This document shows, piece by piece, positions 9,304 through 17,600 of a DNA stretch of 63,944 nucleotides. The notes below the pieces were generated by a model, which saw nothing but the letters and a program-made list of their open reading frames with translations, made no database searches and was not told where the DNA came from. The DNA comes from Minisyncoccota bacterium (GTDB taxonomy: Bacteria; Patescibacteriota; Minisyncoccia; UBA6257; 2-01-FULL-56-20), in assembly GCA_036510525.1 (NCBI GenBank), contig DATCDU010000021.1, forward strand, positions 1-63,944, read 5' to 3'. Position numbers and translations under genes: made by a program. Each line of letters opens with the position of its first letter. The first letter of the stretch is position 1.

Positions 9304-9368
9304 GTTGCGTCGCACATGCGGCGATCGTACGTATATATAGTGTACGCTCTAATGCTACAATTACTTCT

Positions 9369-10052
9369 ATGACAATTGCAATCATCGTGTTTGAATTCGG
9401 CGTTCTGCTCTTTTCCGCGGTGCTGCACGAGGTGGCGCATGGATACGAGGCAGAGCGGCTGGGGGACAACACCGCGCGCGACGCTGGACGATTAACGCTG
9501 AATCCGCTTGCGCACCTGGATCCCTTTATGTCGTTCCTGATGCCGCTCGTGCTGTTCCTCACCACCGGATTCTTCTTCGCGGGTGCGAAGCCGGTGCCGT
9601 ACAATCCAAACAACCTCAAGGATCCGCGCACGGGCGCGGTGAAGGTGGCGCTCGCCGGTCCCGCCACGAACCTTTTGATCGCGCTCGTGTTCGGCGTGAT
9701 CTCCGTGCTTCTACCGATCGCAAGCGCCACGAAGGATGCGCTCTTCAACGCCATTGCCGGTGGTGGTGCGCCGGTATTCACCGGGCCGCTTGATGGCGCG
9801 TACTTTTTCTTTTTAATCATCGTCTATATCAACATCCTGCTCGGCATCTTCAACCTTGTTCCCATCCCGCCGCTCGACGGCTCAAAACTGCTCTTCCTCG
9901 TTTTGCCGCCCACGCCCGCCACGTACAAGTTCATGTACTTCATGGAGCGATGGGGATTGATCCTCGTCTTGATTTTTGTATTCTTCGGATTCGGGATCAT
10001 CTTCCCCGTTATCAACTTTTTCTTCGCCCTGTTTACGGGCCGAATGTTTTAG
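9369..10052 (+). CDS. site-2 protease family (M50) zinc metalloprotease
   Basis: HEVAHGY zinc motif and NLVPIPPLDGSKL. Start moved to the ATG at 9369 because the track ORF (9186) runs through tRNA-Arg. Confidence 0.8.
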   Translation: MTIAIIVFEFGVLLFSAVLHEVAHGYEAERLGDNTARDAGRLTLNPLAHLDPFMSFLMPLVLFLTTGFFFAGAKPVPYNPNNLKDPRTGAVKVALAGPATNLLIALVFGVISVLLPIASATKDALFNAIAGGGAPVFTGPLDGAYFFFLIIVYINILLGIFNLVPIPPLDGSKLLFLVLPPTPATYKFMYFMERWGLILVLIFVFFGFGIIFPVINFFFALFTGRMF

Positions 10053-10095
10053 GATATAACTATAGGGATAAAAATTAGCGTTGCCGCAGAAGTAC

Positions 10096-10166
10096 GGGCC
10101 CGTAGCTTAGTGGTAGAGCAATCGGTTTGCATCCGATAGATAGGGGTTCGATTCCCCTCGGGTCCA
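10096..10166 (+). tRNA. tRNA-Ala (anticodon UGC)
   Basis: Manual cloverleaf with G3:U70. Anticodon arm ATCGG-TTTGCAT-CCGAT, T-loop TTCGATT. Confidence 0.9.
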
Positions 10167-10199
10167 CATTAGAAAGATTAAAAAATCATGAAAAAATTT

Positions 10200-10227
10200 T
10201 TGACTTTATTTTTTGTCGCAATAAAAT
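10200..10227 (+). promoter_or_regulatory. sigma70-like promoter (TTGACT-16-TAAAAT), transcript probably leaderless
   Basis: The -10 ends 6 nt before the ATG at 10234. The upstream AT-rich module is shared with the promoter at 25484. Confidence 0.5.
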
Positions 10228-10233
10228 TAGTGC

Positions 10234-10509
10234 ATGAACATACATAATTTAGCGATCGCAATTCAAAAGGACTTTGATAGGGTCAATGAGGAGTTTGGCA
10301 AAATCCATACTGATATAGCAGAGATAAAGGCGACGATGGCGACGAAGGAAGAATTGAAAGGTTTTAAGAATGAGATTCTGGAAGCGATCGGGAAGATGGA
10401 TACGCGCCTTTCCGCATATATGGCTCGCACCAATGAGGACATTTCCAAACTTCAGGGGTCGGATAGGGATTTCGATGTGCGCCTGCGGGTGCTGGAGAAG
10501 CGGGGATAG
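10234..10509 (+). CDS. small coiled-coil hypothetical protein
   Basis: 91 aa, charged helical sequence, own promoter. Confidence 0.5.
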   Translation: MNIHNLAIAIQKDFDRVNEEFGKIHTDIAEIKATMATKEELKGFKNEILEAIGKMDTRLSAYMARTNEDISKLQGSDRDFDVRLRVLEKRG

Positions 10510-10518
10510 CCCATTTAT

Positions 10519-10547
10519 TTGACATAACACGCGGCCTCGCTTACAAT
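10519..10547 (+). promoter_or_regulatory. sigma70-like promoter of the str operon (TTGACA-17-TACAAT)
   Basis: Consensus -35, 17-nt spacer, -10 located 16 nt upstream of the rpsL ATG. Confidence 0.6.
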
Positions 10548-10562
10548 TCTTTGGTATTCGAT

Positions 10563-10979
10563 ATGCCTACCATCCGTCAACTCATCAAAAAGGGCCGAAA
10601 GCCGCTCGCCACGAAGACGAAAGCGCCGGCTTTGGCGTACTATTTCAATTCCATCCATAACCGGCCGGTGGATTCCACGTCGCCCTTCAAGCGCGGCGTG
10701 TGCGTGAAGGTGTTCACCCAGACGCCGAAGAAACCGAACTCCGCCATCCGAAAGGTGGCGCGCGTGCGTTTGACGAACGGCATGGAGATCACGGCGTACA
10801 TCCCGGGCATCGGCCACGCTTTGCAGGAGCACTCGATCGTGATGGTGCGCGGCGGCCGCGTGAAGGACCTTCCGGGCGTTCGCTATCACGTCGTGCGCGG
10901 CGTATTGGACACGACTGGCGTCGAGAATCGCAAACAGCAGCGCTCCAAGTACGGCGCCAAGCGCCCGAAGGCAAAATAG
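10563..10979 (+). CDS. rpsL: 30S ribosomal protein S12
   Basis: [13 protein letters not shown]...PKKPNSA. Start set at the ATG at 10563 because the track TTG at 10551 lies inside the promoter/+1 region. Confidence 0.95.
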   Translation: MPTIRQLIKKGRKPLATKTKAPALAYYFNSIHNRPVDSTSPFKRGVCVKVFTQTPKKPNSAIRKVARVRLTNGMEITAYIPGIGHALQEHSIVMVRGGRVKDLPGVRYHVVRGVLDTTGVENRKQQRSKYGAKRPKAK

Positions 10980-10997
10980 TTTTACTAATATTTAATC

Positions 10998-11465
10998 ATG
11001 CGCAAAAAGCGAATATATAAAAAGTTCCATCAGCCCGATGTCGTGCACGGCCGCGTTGAGCTGGGCCGCTTCATCAACTATGTTATGAAGGATGGAAAGA
11101 AATCCACGGCAGAGAAGTTGGTCTACACCGCGTTCGATAAAATAAAAGAGACCACGAAAGAAGACCCGCTCGTCGTTTTTGATCGCGCGATGGAGAACGT
11201 GATGCCGTTGCTTGAGGTCGCGTCCAAGCGCGTCGGCGGCGCGAACTATCAGGTGCCGCGCGAGGTGCGCCCCGAGCGCCGCTTCGTGCTCGCGCTCCGC
11301 TGGATCATCGGCGCCGCCCGCGCCAAGAAAGGCAAAGGCATGGCCGACAAGTTGGCCGAAGAGATCATCGCCGCGTCCAAGAATGAAGGCAACGCCATTA
11401 AGAAGAAATTGGACATGCACCGCATGGCAGAAGCGAACCGCGCGTTCGCACACTTTGCACGGTAA
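10998..11465 (+). CDS. rpsG: 30S ribosomal protein S7
   Basis: Conserved S7 sequence and position after rpsL. Confidence 0.95.
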   Translation: MRKKRIYKKFHQPDVVHGRVELGRFINYVMKDGKKSTAEKLVYTAFDKIKETTKEDPLVVFDRAMENVMPLLEVASKRVGGANYQVPREVRPERRFVLALRWIIGAARAKKGKGMADKLAEEIIAASKNEGNAIKKKLDMHRMAEANRAFAHFAR

Positions 11466-11569
11466 CCCGCAGAAGGGACCATAATCAGAAGCACACCATT
11501 AGTACTAGTACGCTATACCGTCCTGGGCTCACTAAGGGGGTAGAGCGAAAAATGAAGGGTTTTGCTATG

Positions 11570-11598
11570 TTCTAAAATCACAATTTGTGATTTTAGAA
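11570..11598. repeat. AT-rich palindromic repeat, copy 3 (14-bp arms)
   Basis: TTCTAAAATCACAA-T-TTGTGATTTTAGAA in the 373-bp rpsG-fusA spacer. The 3' flank GATTCATAAGG is shared with copy 4. Confidence 0.75.
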
Positions 11599-11777
11599 TG
11601 CTGGATTCATAAGGAATTTTTAACAAACGGCTCTAGCGTCGCCTCAGCGTTACCCTAGTACCGCTTCGGCGCCGTTTGATGGCGCCATTCCATTTGCGCC
11701 GTTATTCGCTGTTATTAAAGGTAAGATTTGTTAGTTGCGCGTGCGGCGCAAATATGATATTCTCATCAGCGTGCATA

Positions 11778-11800
11778 GGCGGCGTCCGCGCCGCTTTTAT
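11778..11800 (+). terminator. GC-rich hairpin plus T-tract 39 nt upstream of fusA (attenuator-like)
   Basis: GGCGGCG-TCCG-CGCCGCT followed by TTTTAT. Confidence 0.45.
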
Positions 11801-11838
11801 AAAACCGTAGCGCCAATAATTATTAACTAACTCTATTT

Positions 11839-13950
<2,112 letters not shown>

Positions 13951-13956
<6 letters not shown>

Positions 13957-14073
13957 AACAAACACCGCATGCCTTTTCGGGGACGGGTCGCGTTCTACTG
14001 AACGCGCCCTAACGCTCGGCACCTTCGTGCCTCCGCGATTCCCCTCAAAGGTATGCGGTATTGTGTTTTAGCG
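13951..14073 (+). repeat. family-B GC-rich structured repeat (copy B1) inside an imperfect long stem overlapping the fusA stop
   Basis: Outer arms are CGCTAAAACAAACACCGCATGCC and GGTATGCGGTATTGTGTTTTAGCG. The core GGGGACGGGTCGCGTTCTACTGAACGCGCCCTAACGCTCGGCACCTTCGTGCCTCCGCGATTCCCC is nearly identical to 24151-24215. Confidence 0.8.
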
Positions 14074-14142
14074 ACCCGTTCCATCGTTATCTGCGGCATG
14101 TTGTTCTTAGGGCGAAATAATTAAGAAAAGATTAAATATTTT

Positions 14143-14173
14143 TTGACATTCTAGGGTGTCGGAGTAGGATAAT
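14143..14173 (+). promoter_or_regulatory. sigma70-like promoter (TTGACA ... TAGGATAAT) followed by a 9-bp inverted repeat
   Basis: AGGGTGTCG (14152-14160) pairs with CGACACCCT (14203-14211), a possible operator. A second extended -10, TGCTATAAT, lies at about 14245-14253. Confidence 0.45.
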
Positions 14174-14267
14174 GGGGATTCAGCGTCTGGGTGTATCAAA
14201 AAGGTCGACACCCTCGTATATCAATAGGTAGGGGAAACTGGATTTGCTATAATTAAATTAATCCCAA

Positions 14268-14777
14268 ATGGCTCAAAAAACCTCGGGAAAATCGAAGAGT
14301 CTGGTGATCGCGGAATACTTTATAAAGAAAAGTCAGGCCGAAGGCCGCGTGATCACGAATAAAAAATTGCAGAAGCTTCTGTATTATGCCCAGGCCTGGA
14401 GCTTGGTTTTTAATGATAAAAAAATCTTTGATGCTCCAATAGAAGCATGGGTGCACGGACCTGCAGTGCAGGAAGTGTATTCTGCGTACAAGGAATTTGG
14501 TTTTGGAAATATTACTACTCCTGTCAATGAACATGATCTTGTCACTTTGACATCGGAAGAGAAGAAGGTTTTGGAAGATGTGTGGAAAGCGTATGGAAAG
14601 TTTGACGCCGATTATTTGGAGATCCTCACGCACAACGAGGCTCCATGGCAGGAAGCGCGCGGCGGTATCGCTGCCGACGAGTCGTGCAGTAATGTGATCA
14701 GCACTGAATCCATGAAGGCCTACTATGAACGAAGACTTGAAGAAGTCAAAGAATCAGGAGAAATGGCTCAAGGCTAA
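14268..14777 (+). CDS. Panacea-domain (DUF4065/SocA-like) antitoxin candidate
   Basis: KLQKLLYYAQAWSLVFNDKKIFDAPIEAWVHGPAVQEVYSAYKEFG matches the remembered Panacea/DUF4065 signature. Confidence 0.75.
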   Translation: MAQKTSGKSKSLVIAEYFIKKSQAEGRVITNKKLQKLLYYAQAWSLVFNDKKIFDAPIEAWVHGPAVQEVYSAYKEFGFGNITTPVNEHDLVTLTSEEKKVLEDVWKAYGKFDADYLEILTHNEAPWQEARGGIAADESCSNVISTESMKAYYERRLEEVKESGEMAQG

Positions 14778-15249
14778 GGTCTTCGAGATCGTTGATCGTT
14801 TTAAGAGGACAAATAAAGGAAAAGAAATAGGACCGCCCTTGGAGAAGGCGGTCAAGGTTTTTGAGAAAACGCTGCAAGGCGAAACAATTCCGTCCGAGCT
14901 TACTCTTCCGCCCGCAGAAGATCCGGAGCAGGAATGCATCTCAATTAATCTACGTCCAAGCTGCCTCGATAATCCCGAGATACCGCAGATTCAGAAAGAG
15001 GCGGCAAAATCGCTCGTTCATAAATTCTCCGAAATGGGCGGTATGACAAAGCGCGCCGCAAACCAGACCGGCGTTATCCGAGACAAGGTTCCCAATCAGG
15101 GTGAATATGCATTCTTGTATGCGGGATTATCGCCCGACGTGGAGATCGTAGAGATCCAATATTCCGGGACCGGACGTATCTTCGGTTTTTTCACCCAGTC
15201 AACGTTCAATGTGGTTTGCATAAGGACGATACATATTGAAAACCATTAA
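14725..15249 (+). CDS. hypothetical protein, candidate toxin partner of the Panacea-domain protein
   Basis: Overlaps the upstream gene by 53 nt (true start uncertain). The C-terminus VEIVEIQYSGTGRIFGFFTQSTFNVVCIRTIHIENH is loosely RelE/HigB-like. No firm family assignment. Confidence 0.45.
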   Translation: MNEDLKKSKNQEKWLKAKVFEIVDRFKRTNKGKEIGPPLEKAVKVFEKTLQGETIPSELTLPPAEDPEQECISINLRPSCLDNPEIPQIQKEAAKSLVHKFSEMGGMTKRAANQTGVIRDKVPNQGEYAFLYAGLSPDVEIVEIQYSGTGRIFGFFTQSTFNVVCIRTIHIENH

Positions 15250-15265
15250 AATTTTCGAATTAACT

Positions 15266-15338
15266 GCCCTCGTGGTCCAATGGATAGGGCGCTTCCGTTC
15301 TACTGAGGTTGATGTGGGTTAGACTCCTGCCGAGGGCG
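15266..15338 (+). tRNA. aberrant tRNA-like gene, nominal tRNA-Arg (UCU)
   Basis: Good acceptor (GCCCTCG/CGAGGGC) and D arm. The anticodon arm CTTCC-GTTCTAC-TGAGG has a C:U closing mismatch and G32/C38. The T-loop TTAGACT has A at position 56. Confidence 0.5.
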
Positions 15339-15492
15339 CTCCGATGAAGTGGTAACCTTTTATCATTTGTACCGTTGTATTTGATAAGGCTTGGCAATCT
15401 CGGTTTGTGATTGCTCGGCCGACCGATTACTAGTTGAAAAGTGATACGGAGCAGGCATCGAGCTCGGGAATAAAATAAAAAAATTAATCAAA

Positions 15493-15750
15493 ATGGCCGA
15501 AGAAAAAAAGGAAAAGGAAGTTACGATAATAGTTAATGGCACGGCGCATGAGTGGCCTAAAGGCGAGATAACCTACGCGGAAGTGGTGACATTGGATGTA
15601 CCGGATTACCCACAGCACCCCGAAATCACCTATTCTGTTAAATATACAAAGGGACCTGGAGACAAGCATGAAGGCGTTCTTCCTCCGGGCGGGTCGGTAA
15701 AAGTTAAGGAAGGCATGAGCTTCAGTGTTTCAGAGACTGGTCAGTCATAA
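15493..15750 (+). CDS. multiubiquitin-domain (beta-grasp, ubiquitin-like) protein
   Basis: VTIIVNGTAHEWPKGEITYAEVV...ITYSVKYTKGPGDKHEGVLPPGGSVKVKEGMSFSVSETGQS matches the remembered Multiubiquitin family pattern. Confidence 0.7.
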   Translation: MAEEKKEKEVTIIVNGTAHEWPKGEITYAEVVTLDVPDYPQHPEITYSVKYTKGPGDKHEGVLPPGGSVKVKEGMSFSVSETGQS

Positions 15751-16615
15751 CGACGATATAAGGCGTTTGGTCGAAAAGGGATACGCTGTCGCTTTTGATA
15801 GTAATTATCTCATCATTCGGGACGTTCCTTACCTCGATAACGGGCGTCGCTTACAGACGGGTGCAATCGTGGCGAAGCTTGTCTTTGTGGATAAGGACAA
15901 CGTCATTCAAGATGACCATCAGATTTTCTTTGCGGGCTCAGTTCCGCACGGTCTAGATGGGAACCCTATTCCAAATCTTGGCGGTGGTGTAACCGTGCTC
16001 GCCCTAGGAGAAAACTGCGCAGATGTTGTGGTCCAGCGTTCGTTTTCCAATAAGCCGCGAACCGCCACCGGTCAATTCCCGGATTTTTACGAAAAGATAG
16101 AAAGTTACGTTGGAATCATTTCTGGTCCTGCGATGGAACTTCACAGCGCAAACCCATATACATTCAACGCCGCAAAAGACGTCGTCTCTAATTGGGAGCG
16201 ATTTGTTTCACGGCACGCGGAATGGTTACTTTCTCGGATCGCGAACTTTGCGCGTACGCCATCATCTCCTGTGTCTTTGTATGGACGCGCGGAGTATCTG
16301 TGCCATCGGGAGTCGGCGCGTTCGCTCGTTGAGTCACGGCTTGCGGTGTTTGCTCCGGTGCTTGAGGTTTCGTATGGCCGGGTTTCTATTCGTGCTCAGA
16401 AGACGTGCTGGGGGAGCTGCTCCCGGTCCGGGAATTTGAACTTTAATTACAAGATATTGTTTTTGCCCGCGCACTTGCAGGATTATGTGATCGTCCACGA
16501 GTTGGCGCACCTTCGTGAGTTGAGCCACTCTGCGCGGTTTTGGGCGGTGGTTGGTTCTGTTCTTCCCTCGTGGCGCTCGCTCCGGCGGGAGTTGCGGGGG
16601 AAGGGGATGCTGTAG
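15725..16615 (+). CDS. chimeric ORF: N-terminal E2-like domain of multiubiquitin-associated E1/ThiF proteins fused to the C-terminal two-thirds of a DUF45/YgjP-type (HExxH) metallopeptidase
   Basis: N-terminal part: DIRRLVEKGYAVAFDSNYLIIRDVPYLDNGRRLQTGAIV...HQIFFAGSVPHGLDGNPI...QRSFSNKP...YEKIESYVGIISGPA. C-terminal part: IRAQKTCWGSCSRSGNLNFNYKILFLPAHLQDYVIVHELAHLRELSHSARFW. No ThiF Rossmann domain lies in between. Base composition shifts visibly near 16190. Confidence 0.6.
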   Translation: MFQRLVSHNDDIRRLVEKGYAVAFDSNYLIIRDVPYLDNGRRLQTGAIVAKLVFVDKDNVIQDDHQIFFAGSVPHGLDGNPIPNLGGGVTVLALGENCADVVVQRSFSNKPRTATGQFPDFYEKIESYVGIISGPAMELHSANPYTFNAAKDVVSNWERFVSRHAEWLLSRIANFARTPSSPVSLYGRAEYLCHRESARSLVESRLAVFAPVLEVSYGRVSIRAQKTCWGSCSRSGNLNFNYKILFLPAHLQDYVIVHELAHLRELSHSARFWAVVGSVLPSWRSLRRELRGKGML

Positions 16616-16637
16616 GTTTTTTGGCAGTTATCGATAG

Positions 16638-16672
16638 TTTTTAATATATTTTTAATGCGGGTTTGGTATAAT
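16638..16672 (+). promoter_or_regulatory. AT-rich 20-mer (TTTTTAATATATTTTTAATG) plus TATAAT -10
   Basis: The 20-mer recurs at 19/20 identity at 17347-17366, and in related form at 20919-20938 and 24862-24883. TATAAT lies at 16667-16672. Confidence 0.5.
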
Positions 16673-16762
16673 GTGCTGAAACAAAAGGTCGAGATAAGGC
16701 GTATCATTAGCTGGGGAGGAATTGACGCAACACTCCCAAATTGTTATTCTAAAATCAATCTG

Positions 16763-17089
16763 ATGAACCTGATAAAAACCACAAAAGACCGCATCGTCAA
16801 AGCCGCACTGGGCAAGGGAACCGTCCCAAGCGGCCTTGTTGAGTTGAATAAATATTTTAGGCAATTTGGACAGATCAATTTCCAAGAGCATAAGGAGGAC
16901 GGAGTCATTATTTCCGTAAGTACGAATTTTAAATACGGAAGCATTATCGCTCACGGAAAGAATCGGAAGGAACTTGATGCGAATGTTGAGGACGCGATTT
17001 TGACCTCGTTCGAGGTTCCGTCGTCGTATAAGAAGGAGGCGAGCCTTATCAAAGTTGGTAAGAAGCAGGACGCGTATGTCCTCGCCTGA
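16763..17089 (+). CDS. hicB: HicB-like antitoxin
   Basis: EDGVIISVSTNFKYGSIIAHGKNRKELDANVEDAILTSF fits the HicB N-terminal fold pattern. Overlaps hicA by 14 nt. Start chosen downstream of the promoter. Confidence 0.55.
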   Translation: MNLIKTTKDRIVKAALGKGTVPSGLVELNKYFRQFGQINFQEHKEDGVIISVSTNFKYGSIIAHGKNRKELDANVEDAILTSFEVPSSYKKEASLIKVGKKQDAYVLA

Positions 17090-17321
17090 TGATCTCCCCG
17101 GAGAAATAAAGAGAAAGAAGTTTATCAAAGCGCTTGAGCGATGTGGTTTTGTCATCAATAAAGTTGGAGGCAACGGAAGTCATTACAAAGCAATTTGGCC
17201 TCGGAACAATAAGTCCGTCACCATCCAAAAGGAACTTCCTAAGCCCGTGTTGCGATATCTCTTGAAAGAGATCGAGACGTGTGCGGGGATAACGTGGGAT
17301 CAGATCAAGGCAAATTTATAG
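17076..17321 (+). CDS. hicA: HicA-family mRNA interferase toxin
   Basis: KKFIKALERCGFVINKVGGNGSHYKAIWP...VTIQKELPKPVLRYLLKEI (HicA G-S-H core). Confidence 0.72.
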   Translation: MSSPDDLPGEIKRKKFIKALERCGFVINKVGGNGSHYKAIWPRNNKSVTIQKELPKPVLRYLLKEIETCAGITWDQIKANL

Positions 17322-17393
17322 ATGCACATGCGTTCTTTCGGACCGATTTTTAATATTTTTTTAATGTTGCTATACTAAACCTACAACCGAATA

Positions 17394-17499
17394 CACATCA
17401 AGAGAGTGGAGATGCTAAGGGATTTGGCCCAAAGCTCCGCCCGCAACCGATCGACGATTCGACACGGTGCGAAGTCCAACCCTTCACGGGGAAGATGCT
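17394..17499 (+). promoter_or_regulatory. SAM-I (S-box) riboswitch aptamer
   Basis: CATCAAGAGAGTGGAG...GGGATTTGGCCCAAAGCTCC..CGCAACC....CGGTGCGAAGTCCAAC...GGGGAAGATG contains the S-box hallmarks AUCAAGAG, GGCCC, GCAACC, GGUGC.AA.UCC and the AGAUG P1 closure. TATACT -10 at 17371-17376. Lies upstream of metK. Confidence 0.8.
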
Positions 17500-17509
17500 T
17501 TTTATGCTC

Positions 17510-17535
17510 AACCGCCGTGTAGGCGGTTGTTTTTG
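17510..17535 (+). terminator. riboswitch expression-platform terminator
   Basis: AACCGCC-GTGTA-GGCGGTT followed by GTTTTT. Confidence 0.75.
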
Positions 17536-17600
17536 AACTTTGACAACTTCATGGTCGAAAAATAATCAAATTATTAATCAATTAATCAATCATTATTATC

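Noticed and set aside
9186-9368. N-terminal extension of the M50 protease ORF
   Set aside because: It runs through tRNA-Arg (9232-9303). The conserved protein begins at MTIAIIVFEF.
13990-14001. The shared word (C)GTTCTACTG(A) in the B repeats, in the anticodon loop of the tRNA-like gene at 15266, and (as reverse complement) in the D arm of the tRNA-like gene at 25648, taken as evidence that the repeats are tRNA-derived
   Set aside because: Only 9-11 nt are shared. A 9-mer is expected about 0.5 times by chance on both strands of 64 kb, and the surrounding sequence does not align.
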